Origin: a virus
Lineage: Duplodnaviria > Caudoviricetes
IMG/VR virus record: IMGVR_UViG_3300017706_000666
Coordinates: 1-58,876 of that record
Direction: 5' to 3' (one strand)
Length of the DNA: 58,876 nucleotides
Shown: positions 29,043 to 36,847 of the stretch, piece after piece
How the letters are laid out: every line of letters starts with the position of its first letter
How positions within the stretch are numbered: the stretch's first letter is position 1
Notes under the pieces: model-generated
The model's input: the letters and a program-made list of their open reading frames with translations, nothing else
What the model was told of the DNA's origin: nothing
The model's database searches: none
Translations under genes and position numbers: made by a program

Positions 29043-30283
29043 AACTTTGCCTTAAGGTCTTTTCGGGTAAACAGCTTAGCAAGTCTAGTCGGATACTTTA
29101 CAGTACCCCTGTTACCGAAGTTTTCGGTTCGATTAAACAAACCTCTGCTGACAGAAGTGACTCCGCGTTCCCTCTCTTCTTTTGTAGGGGGGACCTCGGC
29201 ACCTCTGTTGGCACGTTTGTAAATCATTCCCCCACCATACATCTCACCCTTTTGTCTGGCGATTTGCTCGGCGGCTCTTCTGCGCCTTTCAGCAGCTTGC
29301 TCCTCTCGACTCTTCATTACCGATTCAAAAGAATGATTGGCTTGGTCCATGAAGTATTCGTTGTCTGCGCCCTCATAGATTTCATCTCTTTCTTGAAAGC
29401 CAAACTCATCCATGAAATACTCGACGAACTGAATCGATTTTTCGTTCTCTTGAGATAGGTCGATACCAGCTTCTTCCGCACGTGCAGCGAGGACAGATAT
29501 ATCACCGGGCTTGACCACCTTGTCTCCAACGCCATTTAGTACCTTGGGGAAGTTAGCGCCGGGGAATCCAGCCTGAGCAACTTCACGGTTCGGGTCATAG
29601 AACCTTGCGGTAGGAACCTTGATTTCGTCAAACTTGATGGCTCCGTGAAAGTCTCCAACCTTCTTGTCCGTCATATAAGAACGCATCAGGCTCAACTTCT
29701 CTTCGTCACTCTTGCCGTCCAGTGCTCTAGAGAAGTTACTATTGCCAGAAGCAATCATATCGTCAGCAGCAGCCAGAGCTTTGTCTGGGTTTTCATCAAT
29801 GAATCTGTTAACCTTTGCCGCGTATCGCTGATACTGAGCATCGAGTGAGCCCTCTCCCTTGAGATATCTTTTTCCGAAGGCGGTGTCCTTTAGTCGTTGT
29901 TGCTCTTCTGGAGACATAGCATCGAGACCGCCATCTGGAACATCAAAGTTGTAGGCGTCAATCTTGCCTTCGCCTTGAGCAGACCGCATGCCTTCGTTGC
30001 TGGTGTATGTTACTCTAGCCTCATCCTCTGTTCTGAAGTAAGGGCTACGGGTAGTTGACTGCTTCTTTGGGTCTCCGTCTCCGTTTGGGACATCGTTACC
30101 GTTTTCGGCATACTCCATCTTGCCGCCGTAACGCATGTACTTGTAAGGTTTCTCATCAACCTCACCGCCCATGGCATACCTTTTCACCATAGCCCCGGCA
30201 AGAGCCTTCTTTAGGTCCCCGCTTCCTTTGCCATCAGCAGCATAGAACGGAACCATCTTACCATTTACCTTAACCATCTTCAT
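29039..30283 (-). CDS. Probable internal head protein with repeated xxGG/GA motifs (414 aa)
   Basis: Start ATG 30283 is 5 nt after TATATTTG; motifs YAMGGEV, MRYGGKM, MYGGGM, ANRGAEV. Confidence 0.65.
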   Translation of the reverse strand: MKMVKVNGKMVPFYAADGKGSGDLKKALAGAMVKRYAMGGEVDEKPYKYMRYGGKMEYAENGNDVPNGDGDPKKQSTTRSPYFRTEDEARVTYTSNEGMRSAQGEGKIDAYNFDVPDGGLDAMSPEEQQRLKDTAFGKRYLKGEGSLDAQYQRYAAKVNRFIDENPDKALAAADDMIASGNSNFSRALDGKSDEEKLSLMRSYMTDKKVGDFHGAIKFDEIKVPTARFYDPNREVAQAGFPGANFPKVLNGVGDKVVKPGDISVLAARAEEAGIDLSQENEKSIQFVEYFMDEFGFQERDEIYEGADNEYFMDQANHSFESVMKSREEQAAERRRRAAEQIARQKGEMYGGGMIYKRANRGAEVPPTKEERERGVTSVSRGLFNRTENFGNRGTVKYPTRLAKLFTRKDLKAKF

Positions 30284-30288
30284 GGTTA

Positions 30289-30296
30289 CAAATATA
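30289..30296 (-). promoter_or_regulatory. -7 promoter TATATTTG
   Basis: Consensus match 5 nt before ATG. Confidence 0.65.
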
Positions 30297-30302
30297 AAGG
30301 TA

Positions 30303-30956
30303 TTACCTAAGGTCTGTATCGTGCTTTCTTGAACCTCTGATGTAGCTGTTAACCCTGCCCATAGCCCAAGCAGCCATTGACGCGCCACGTCTAGAGCCCG
30401 ACGAAAGCCAAGCACCCTGACCACGTCGGTACACCTTTGCTAGGGTTCCGTAAGAAATTCCGGAACTCTTGGCTTTCTTCTGGAGAGTGGCCTTTGTTGA
30501 AGCGTTCATTGGCTTAGCCTTAACCTTCGCCCCTTTCTTTGCCTCGGTTCTTTTCTTAAACCTAAGGAAGGAAATCTTCTTTCCTTTCCTATAATCGTCT
30601 GCCATCTCCTTCTTGTTGGCAGCATCCTCCTTTACAGTGGCTTTGATTTCCTTACCCTGTTCCGGGTCGGTGTATCTAGTTGGGAGTCCTAGTCTATACG
30701 GCTGCTTGCGTTTGCCAACTTTAGCTCCAGCGTTAGCCTTAGACATCAACTTAGTTCTCCTGATGTAGTTCCCATCAGCGTCTTGAAACAACTCCGACCC
30801 CAGCTTTCTCTCTTCTGGGGTTACTTTATCATTGTAGATTCTGTCTGCAACTTGCCTGCTTACACTCTTCCCTGTCGTGCCTTTATACGGCATGGAGAAA
30901 TCAATGTTCGAAGCAAGAGCTTTCGCTGGCTTTTTCTTTTTCCTCTTACTTGCCAT
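30303..30956 (-). CDS. Basic protein with C-terminal DUF5824-like domain
   Basis: LAKVYRRGQGAWLSSGSR...WAMGRVNS. Confidence 0.6.
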   Translation of the reverse strand: MASKRKKKKPAKALASNIDFSMPYKGTTGKSVSRQVADRIYNDKVTPEERKLGSELFQDADGNYIRRTKLMSKANAGAKVGKRKQPYRLGLPTRYTDPEQGKEIKATVKEDAANKKEMADDYRKGKKISFLRFKKRTEAKKGAKVKAKPMNASTKATLQKKAKSSGISYGTLAKVYRRGQGAWLSSGSRRGASMAAWAMGRVNSYIRGSRKHDTDLR

Positions 30957-31134
30957 GGCTAGCGACTTTGAACGACGCCTCCTTTACAGCACCGGGGTGC
31001 GGCTGGTAGTCGCCCTTCATGAGATAATACCTACCCTGCTCCTCCATCCAGTGATACCCGGACGGTGATGGAACAGACACCTTCTTAGAAGATACAGTGA
31101 GCTTTGGACGTTCTGATTTACGAGCGGCTTTCAT
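30946..31134 (-). CDS. Small conserved phage protein
   Basis: PSGYHWM...YLMKG.Y.PH.GA motif. Confidence 0.6.
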   Translation of the reverse strand: MKAARKSERPKLTVSSKKVSVPSPSGYHWMEEQGRYYLMKGDYQPHPGAVKEASFKVASHGK

Positions 31135-31378
31135 TTTTCTGACGTTTACGCTCCTTGTCCATCATTTTCTTCATAGCGTCTTCGCGCCTACCAGACAGAA
31201 GATACACCATGGCATAATTCTGCAACACTGAGTCGGGAATTTTGGTGTCTGGAAATTCTTTTGCAAACCTCTCCTTAGTGTCCGCTAGGTTGGACTCTTT
31301 AGTCAAAGGCTTTTTATCGGTTCCCTTTACAGCGGCACCCATGTTGGCCTTCTTCTTCTTTTTGTACTTGTAGTTCAC
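31118..31378 (-). CDS. Lys-rich hypothetical protein (GTG start)
   Basis: GTG is 4 nt after TATATTTG (31383-31390). Confidence 0.6.
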   Translation of the reverse strand: MNYKYKKKKKANMGAAVKGTDKKPLTKESNLADTKERFAKEFPDTKIPDSVLQNYAMVYLLSGRREDAMKKMMDKERKRQKNESRS

Positions 31379-31392
31379 CTAGCAAATATAGG

Positions 31393-31659
31393 TCACTTAG
31401 AAAGACCCCATTTGTAATTGCTGAACCCGCACTGGACCTTGAAGTCTATAGATTTAATCTTGAGACTCAAGTTGTTTTTTTGTTTTTTAATCTTGGCTGG
31501 AGTCTTGAATGCGTATGCAATGAGTCTGTCCCTATGATGGTCTGACCCCCATATCAAGTCTTTATCGTTTCCAGCTAGGACTACGTCCCCTACTCGGTAA
31601 TCTGTTTTTGATTTACCGTCATGAAGAACCACATCGCAGAGATGTATTGGGTCTCTCAC
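31393..31659 (-). CDS. Hypothetical protein
   Basis: Start overlaps the upstream stop. Confidence 0.6.
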   Translation of the reverse strand: MRDPIHLCDVVLHDGKSKTDYRVGDVVLAGNDKDLIWGSDHHRDRLIAYAFKTPAKIKKQKNNLSLKIKSIDFKVQCGFSNYKWGLSK

Positions 31660-31862
31660 TGCATCTGGTTTTTAGCCAGAAGAATCTTGACCTCTTGCAC
31701 TTCTTTCAGTAACTGCTTGATGTCCTCTTTCATCTCGGAGTTGTCGGTCTCCAAGGCAATCACCCTCCCTTTAAGTGAGCTGTAATCTGACTGGTGCTTA
31801 ATCCAAATCCCAATCAGTGAGCCCGCTATAAGCAATAGCTCAAACTGTGTCAGTGCGTCCAT
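31656..31862 (-). CDS. Small membrane + coiled-coil protein (holin/antiholin-like), 68 aa
   Basis: One hydrophobic helix then a heptad pattern; ATG 31862 is 4 nt after TATTTTTG (31867-31874). Confidence 0.55.
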   Translation of the reverse strand: MDALTQFELLLIAGSLIGIWIKHQSDYSSLKGRVIALETDNSEMKEDIKQLLKEVQEVKILLAKNQMQ

Positions 31863-31891
31863 GTCACAAAAATAGTAATCAATACCCACAC

Positions 31892-33094
31892 TCATTTCAA
31901 AACTAAAACATGTCCAGTAAGATTCACCGCTTGTGATGACCCAACCTTCGACGCCCTAAGAGAATACACGTAGGTTCCGCTCGCGGTGCCCGTCATATAC
32001 CACTGGTCTCCGGGCTGCTCACCCGACCACACGACCTGTCCCCATCTATTGTAAACGCGCATATCCCACTCTCTCCAACACTGTGGGTCTGTAACAGCAT
32101 AAAAAGAATCGTTTATCCCGTCACCGTTTGGCGTAGCAGCATTAGGAATAAAAACATCTACGTCCTCGCACACCATACCGCCCACGTCTTCGCACGGCAA
32201 CCCGCTATCACAATCAATGTATTCAGTTACCACCGAGTACTCTGTTAAGGTCACGGTGTCTGTTAGGTAGATATACTCCGTCAGGACTACATCAACGTAG
32301 GTCGTGTCGTAAACAAGGGTCTCGGTGAATACAGTATCCGTCACGTATATGTAGTTGTCTATATATGTCGTGTCGTACATGTATACCTCTATGTAGTTGT
32401 CTACTATCAGTGTGTCGATTAGCGTGATAGTATCAGCTGGCAGCTCCACGAATACTGTATCGGTTTCGTACACGTATACGGTGTCCGTGATGGTGGGGTC
32501 TGGGCAGAAGGTGATTCTGTTGTCGCTCAGGTTGATGTCTGGATAGGTCTGAGTTTGGTTGAAGCTGGTTCCGTTGCTCCACCCTTCAGGGAATGGGAAG
32601 TCCTCGTAGTCCGCCGTTTGAGAAACGTTTATCTGCCAGATTACAACCTCCCAGCAATACCCCTCTACCTCATTTTCAATTATGCAATCCCAGCTGAAAG
32701 GTGGGTTTAAGATGAAGTTTGAAAACCCATTTGTCCATCCAGTATTGTTTGAGGTCATGACATACGACCATCCCGGATGAAATGTATTTGAAGTGCAATC
32801 TGTGTTCTCCCCATAGTCTTCCCCAGTGACTTCATCAACGTAGTGAAGCCCGAACACGAGGTGGCTAACAGACTCATTATTGCCCACGTGAAATCCGCCG
32901 GACTCCTCGCATGTGTTACCATCGAATTGTGTGAACTCATTGCACCCACAGTTCTCCGTATTCAGCCATTGAACTTGGAATGAGTGCAGGCCGTCCGAAA
33001 CAGCCGGAGGTGTGTAGCCTAGAAGTGCTAGGTCACAGGTCTGAGAGAGCCCAATGAAAGGCATCAGAAAGAGGAGAAGGAGAGGTGGTTTCAT
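31892..33094 (-). CDS. Secreted protein with T9SS type-B (gliding motility-associated, CHU_C) C-terminal domain
   Basis: Signal peptide MKPPLLLLFLMPFIGLSQ; Cys-rich domain; DT-repeat stalk; CTD IPNAATPNGDGINDSF...VYNRWGQVV...GTYVYSL...GHVLVLK. Confidence 0.85.
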   Translation of the reverse strand: MKPPLLLLFLMPFIGLSQTCDLALLGYTPPAVSDGLHSFQVQWLNTENCGCNEFTQFDGNTCEESGGFHVGNNESVSHLVFGLHYVDEVTGEDYGENTDCTSNTFHPGWSYVMTSNNTGWTNGFSNFILNPPFSWDCIIENEVEGYCWEVVIWQINVSQTADYEDFPFPEGWSNGTSFNQTQTYPDINLSDNRITFCPDPTITDTVYVYETDTVFVELPADTITLIDTLIVDNYIEVYMYDTTYIDNYIYVTDTVFTETLVYDTTYVDVVLTEYIYLTDTVTLTEYSVVTEYIDCDSGLPCEDVGGMVCEDVDVFIPNAATPNGDGINDSFYAVTDPQCWREWDMRVYNRWGQVVWSGEQPGDQWYMTGTASGTYVYSLRASKVGSSQAVNLTGHVLVLK

Positions 33095-33098
33095 GGCA

Positions 33099-33106
33099 CA
33101 AAGCTA
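33099..33106 (-). promoter_or_regulatory. -7 promoter TAGCTTTG
   Basis: Consensus match 4 nt before the ATG of the T9SS cargo. Confidence 0.65.
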
Positions 33107-33139
33107 CCACCTTTTTAGGCACAGCTTTCCCATATTCAC

Positions 33140-33255
33140 TCTCTAGTTATCGTGACGTTAGGGGCTCACGATTACCCCATGTGTCTAAGCCCCGTAGGTG
33201 TCAAACTGGTCCGCCCCAGCGGGCCAAGTGCGATACCGTTTCCGTGACTAGGCAA
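33140..33255 (-). ncRNA. Candidate structured non-coding RNA
   Basis: Own promoter TACCTTTG (33258-33265), no ORF, nested hairpins with G-U pairs favouring the minus strand. Confidence 0.4.
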
Positions 33256-33295
33256 AGCAAAGGTACACGAAAAAAACTACAAAGTCAAGTACTTA

Positions 33296-33385
33296 TTACG
33301 CTTCCTTAATGGCTGAGCGAATTGCTCGTATCACCATCAAGAACCAGATTGTTATAACAGAGTATGCTACGTATGAAGAGACCAT
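33296..33385 (-). CDS. 29-aa hydrophobic peptide MVSSYVAYSVITIWFLMVIRAIRSAIKEA
   Basis: Downstream of TACTTTTG (33412-33419); single TM helix with a basic tail. Confidence 0.45.
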   Translation of the reverse strand: MVSSYVAYSVITIWFLMVIRAIRSAIKEA

Positions 33386-33770
33386 GCCTAATGTCAATTT
33401 TGTTTCGGGCGCAAAAGTACATTTCGATTCGCCATTTGCCTAATCAACCTTGTGAAAAAAGGTGTGAGTCATATATAGCTAGGGGATTATGCATGCATGC
33501 AAGCGGTCGCCGCACCTGACCGAAACGCATCCGGGCAACCCACCCCCTGCAATTTGTGTCGGGTCCGCGCAAACATTCCAGCGTTTTTCCCAGCGCACTC
33601 CGGCATCGAGGTATCGTGACGTACACCACCACCTGATACGTGAGGTGAACAGACCTGCTCCGCATCGCGGTCCACGGACAAACCATGCAGGTACAATCCC
33701 ACCCCCACCTAGACGGCAAGACATATACACCCCAGACATGGGTGACCACATCAAATTTATTTGGGGCTCG

Positions 33771-33808
33771 CATACTATAATCAAAGTGTGGTGCGTTATA
33801 GGACTGAA
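33771..33808 (+). promoter_or_regulatory. Early bipartite promoter variant CATACT-N17-CGTTA
   Basis: Degenerate copy of the repeated motif ahead of the first early gene. Confidence 0.5.
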
Positions 33809-33852
33809 CGCGATAGCTAAAAACAATGTCAAATCCACATAACCCCCACACC

Positions 33853-34314
33853 ATGAGCAAGTTGCCCATCGTTTCCATCAAAGTCCAGCACGGCACGTCC
33901 GTCGTCACGCTCTCCACCATGGGAGACACCACCCACGTCCAGACCGACACCGGAGTCTGTTTCCACGTCCGCCAGCTGGCTGAGGACAGCGTGTACTTCA
34001 AGCCCGCTCGAACCATCCTCAATCAGGCCCGTGAACTTGTGCGCACCGAGACCGCAATGGCTCAATCCTTTCATCACGTTCTCATGGCCCGCTTGGACAT
34101 CAAAAGCGCCATCAAAGGAGGCGTGGATGCAACAAACCCTGCCGACGAGAGCCGCATCTTGAACGACGCTTTCGATGCCCTTGCCAAGCTGGAGATTCGC
34201 CGCATCGAAATCATGCGAGAGCGGGAAGAACTCCGGGACGACATCAAACGTCAGAACTACAGCCGCCGGATTGACAACGGAGACGGCACGTCCACAGAAA
34301 TTTTAGAGGGCTGA
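33853..34314 (+). CDS. First early hypothetical protein
   Basis: ORF with the C-ending codon bias of the early region; start at 33826 or 33853. Confidence 0.7.
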   Translation: MSKLPIVSIKVQHGTSVVTLSTMGDTTHVQTDTGVCFHVRQLAEDSVYFKPARTILNQARELVRTETAMAQSFHHVLMARLDIKSAIKGGVDATNPADESRILNDAFDALAKLEIRRIEIMREREELRDDIKRQNYSRRIDNGDGTSTEILEG

Positions 34315-34352
34315 CACAATAACCTGAAACCGACAGCCGTTATACTATTGAA
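34315..34352 (+). promoter_or_regulatory. Early promoter CACAAT-N17-CGTTA
   Basis: Repeated motif upstream of ardC. Confidence 0.7.
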
Positions 34353-34390
34353 CCGAGGGGGTAACAGGGCCCCCTCACAATTGAATTCAG

Positions 34391-35317
34391 ATGAGCAAAG
34401 AGAAGCAAGACATCTACCAGAAAGTGACCGACCGCATCGTGGCTGGTCTCAACCAGAAGGGCCTCACATGGTTCCGTCCATGGACCTCCAACGGAATGAC
34501 GGGCCCCATCAACAACTCCACCGGGCGGTCCTACAAAGGCATCAACGTCCTCCTGTTGTGCGCCGAGGTTGTGGAGCATGGCTACGAACACAACGAGTGG
34601 GTCACGTACAAGCAGGCCGCTGCCAAAGGGGGCAACGTCAAGAAGGGTTCCCAGTCCACCTTCATTGTGTTCTGGAACATCATTTACAAGTGCGTTGACA
34701 GCGGCAAGACGTACCGCAAGTTGCAGGACGTGCCCGTGGGGATGCGCTACACAAAGCTGTTCTTCCCCCGCGCCTTCAACGTCTTCAACATCGACCAGTG
34801 CGAAGGGTTGGAGCCACGCCGGGAGAAGGTAGAGGTCACCGGAGAGTTCAACCCGATTGAGCAGGCCGAGAGCATCTACAAGGAGCAGTACCCCAAGGAG
34901 ATGCGCCCTACGTTGGCTCATGGCGGCGACAGCGCGTTCTACGTGCCCAGCAAGCACCACGTGCAAATGCCGAAGCAGGAGACCTTCGTGAGCAGTGACG
35001 ACTACTACAAGGTGCTGTTCCACGAGTTGGTCCACAGCACAGGCCACGAGACCATCCTCAAGCGCTTGGACAAGGTTGCCGCCTTCGGAGGCGATGCCTA
35101 CAGCAAGGAGGAGTTGGTTGCTGAGATTGGAGCCCAGTTCCTTGTGGGTCTGACAGGCATCCAGCCCAAAGACGACGAGACCAACAGCCAAGCCTACATC
35201 AACGGCTGGGTCAAGAAGCTACAGGACCAACCTAAGATGGCTCTGAGCGCCGCAAACAAGGCCATGAAAGCCGTGGACTTCATCACCGGGGAGGGAGCAG
35301 ACGCTCCTTCCTCATAA
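34391..35317 (+). CDS. ardC: ArdC-like antirestriction protein (ssDNA-binding ArdC-N + zincin metallopeptidase domain)
   Basis: IYQKVTDRIV..L....W.RPW, GRSYKGIN, WVTYKQA..KGGNVKKG, FNVFNIDQ, HELVHSTGH, YSKEELVAEIGA. Confidence 0.92.
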   Translation: MSKEKQDIYQKVTDRIVAGLNQKGLTWFRPWTSNGMTGPINNSTGRSYKGINVLLLCAEVVEHGYEHNEWVTYKQAAAKGGNVKKGSQSTFIVFWNIIYKCVDSGKTYRKLQDVPVGMRYTKLFFPRAFNVFNIDQCEGLEPRREKVEVTGEFNPIEQAESIYKEQYPKEMRPTLAHGGDSAFYVPSKHHVQMPKQETFVSSDDYYKVLFHELVHSTGHETILKRLDKVAAFGGDAYSKEELVAEIGAQFLVGLTGIQPKDDETNSQAYINGWVKKLQDQPKMALSAANKAMKAVDFITGEGADAPSS

Positions 35318-35330
35318 CCCCCCAAGAGAG

Positions 35331-35516
35331 ATGCTCAAGTACCTCCCCTCCCACATCGTTTACACCATGCATATGCTCGCGGTCATGAATATCGCGGGTG
35401 GATTCTTCGCACTCGGACTCCTTCTGGGTGAGCTGTTCCTGCTGTCAGTGTTCCCAGCTATCGCCGTGTTCTGCTGGACCACAAACGAACTGGCAAGGCG
35501 TGAACAGGGCCTTTAA
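35331..35516 (+). CDS. Small two-TM membrane protein
   Basis: Hydrophobic 61-aa ORF after ardC. Confidence 0.6.
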   Translation: MLKYLPSHIVYTMHMLAVMNIAGGFFALGLLLGELFLLSVFPAIAVFCWTTNELARREQGL

Positions 35517-35520
35517 TCTG

Positions 35521-35583
35521 TTAACATTCATTCACAAACCCCTGCACAATATGGAGAGACTTTACCCCGTTACTACTATAGAA
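35521..35583 (+). promoter_or_regulatory. Early promoter with upstream TTAACA/TTCACA boxes
   Basis: TTAACA(35521), TTCACA(35531), CACAAT(35545)-N17-CGTTA(35568). Confidence 0.75.
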
Positions 35584-35595
35584 GCCACAGAGACA

Positions 35596-35802
35596 ATGAG
35601 CAAGAGAGAGAACCCGCAGTACGTAGTCATCGACAAGGATGAACTCAGAGACCTTCGCAGAGACCGCGACTGGGCAGACTTCTTCTGCAAGATGTTTCTC
35701 AAGGCTGAGCACAGAGGAGATTTAGACATGATGGTCAGACACGTGCACCCCCTTTGTAGATACGCAGAAATCAGAGGAATCGAAATACCATGGAAGAAAT
35801 GA
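35596..35802 (+). CDS. Early hypothetical protein, 68 aa
   Basis: First ATG after the promoter. Confidence 0.6.
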   Translation: MSKRENPQYVVIDKDELRDLRRDRDWADFFCKMFLKAEHRGDLDMMVRHVHPLCRYAEIRGIEIPWKK

Positions 35803-36098
35803 ACACATACCCATCCACCCCAATCGCATACGCCAGCTACCCCTACACCGGGGTGGTCCGCACCGACCGCAAGTTCCGAGCTACCATCCAGTTCTACACT
35901 GGGAGCGCATGGGGCCGAGGTACATGGGCCTGCGCCAAGACCTTCAACAGCGAGGGCCACGTGGACAACTTCATCAACTACATGAAGCGCAAAAAGGGCT
36001 GGAACGTTGACGAGGTTTGGTACACAGCAAACGTCACCCCGCTCAAGGATTCTTGGGCCTACGAGGGCAAGCCAGTGAACCACTCACAGCTCACATAG
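35799..36098 (+). CDS. Early hypothetical protein
   Basis: ATGA coupling with the upstream ORF. Confidence 0.65.
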   Translation: MNTYPSTPIAYASYPYTGVVRTDRKFRATIQFYTGSAWGRGTWACAKTFNSEGHVDNFINYMKRKKGWNVDEVWYTANVTPLKDSWAYEGKPVNHSQLT

Positions 36099-36100
36099 TG

Positions 36101-36161
36101 TTAACATCCATTAACAACCAGCGCACAATAACAGGGAGACCCCGGCGTTATTACTATAGAA
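36101..36161 (+). promoter_or_regulatory. Early promoter with two TTAACA boxes
   Basis: TTAACA(36101, 36111), CACAAT(36124)-N16-CGTTATTACTATAGAA. Confidence 0.8.
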
Positions 36162-36183
36162 CCCCCCCTAAAAAACACATCAC

Positions 36184-36471
36184 ATGGGACAGAAAGCAAA
36201 GCAAATTGACACCATCACCCTTGGCACCCACTTCCTTGGGGCCATCTTCAACGGAGACCTGACTGGTCTCACCGCGAACGAAGAGCACCTCATCAACTCA
36301 GAGTTGGACTTCCAGCGTGGAGAGGCAGAGGAGCAGTTCGGTGAGGACCTCTCCGCCGTGACGTTCGAATGCACCAGCAGTGAACGCTACATCTGCGGAT
36401 GCGACCTCACGAAGCAATGGAGCGAATGCGTGGAGGTCAAGGTTGTTGCACTTGTAAATGAGCAGTCATGA
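36184..36471 (+). CDS. Early hypothetical protein (Cys-containing C-terminus)
   Basis: ORF after the promoter. Confidence 0.65.
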   Translation: MGQKAKQIDTITLGTHFLGAIFNGDLTGLTANEEHLINSELDFQRGEAEEQFGEDLSAVTFECTSSERYICGCDLTKQWSECVEVKVVALVNEQS

Positions 36472-36617
36472 AGAGGTACACCATCCACCTATACCACGGA
36501 GGCGAAAGGCCAGACGAGAAGGTTCAGACCAACGTCCTGACCACAGCCCAGACCATCGCCGTGGGAGCAGAACACGCCGTCATCATTGATAACCTCAAAG
36601 GAGAAGTGATATCATGA
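36468..36617 (+). CDS. 49-aa hypothetical protein (not in ORF track)
   Basis: MKRYTIHLYHGGERPDEKV...; ATGA overlaps on both sides. Confidence 0.6.
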   Translation: MKRYTIHLYHGGERPDEKVQTNVLTTAQTIAVGAEHAVIIDNLKGEVIS

Positions 36618-36847
36618 GCGCCTTCGACAACTCCCCCAACCCATTCATTGAGCTGGACCTGTGCAAGCAGGAGCTAGCCGAGGCATACGAGTTCTTCGCA
36701 GGGGCTGACCCCGAAGCACAGGCGTTAGTCATCGAGGCCCTAGACAAGAAGTACAGATTGTCTTTGCACGTCGCCTACGACAAAAGGTACAGAGAAGACC
36801 GCCGCCTGCCGCCAACCTGCTTGGCACTGGCACTGAGAAAGCGTTAA
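36614..36847 (+). CDS. Early hypothetical protein
   Basis: Coupled ORF. Confidence 0.6.
   Translation: MSAFDNSPNPFIELDLCKQELAEAYEFFAGADPEAQALVIEALDKKYRLSLHVAYDKRYREDRRLPPTCLALALRKR

Noticed and set aside
30284-30424. N-terminal extensions given by the ORF track (also 22700-22744, 31863-31895, 48168-48245)
   Set aside because: They overlap upstream genes or run through the promoter motif; downstream ATGs fit better
33444-34022. Several overlapping ORFs in the divergence region
   Set aside because: Atypical composition (Cys/Trp/Arg-rich), mutually overlapping, no expression signals
34340-35191. 283-aa minus-strand ORF
   Set aside because: Antisense shadow of ardC caused by codon bias; no motifs or promoter
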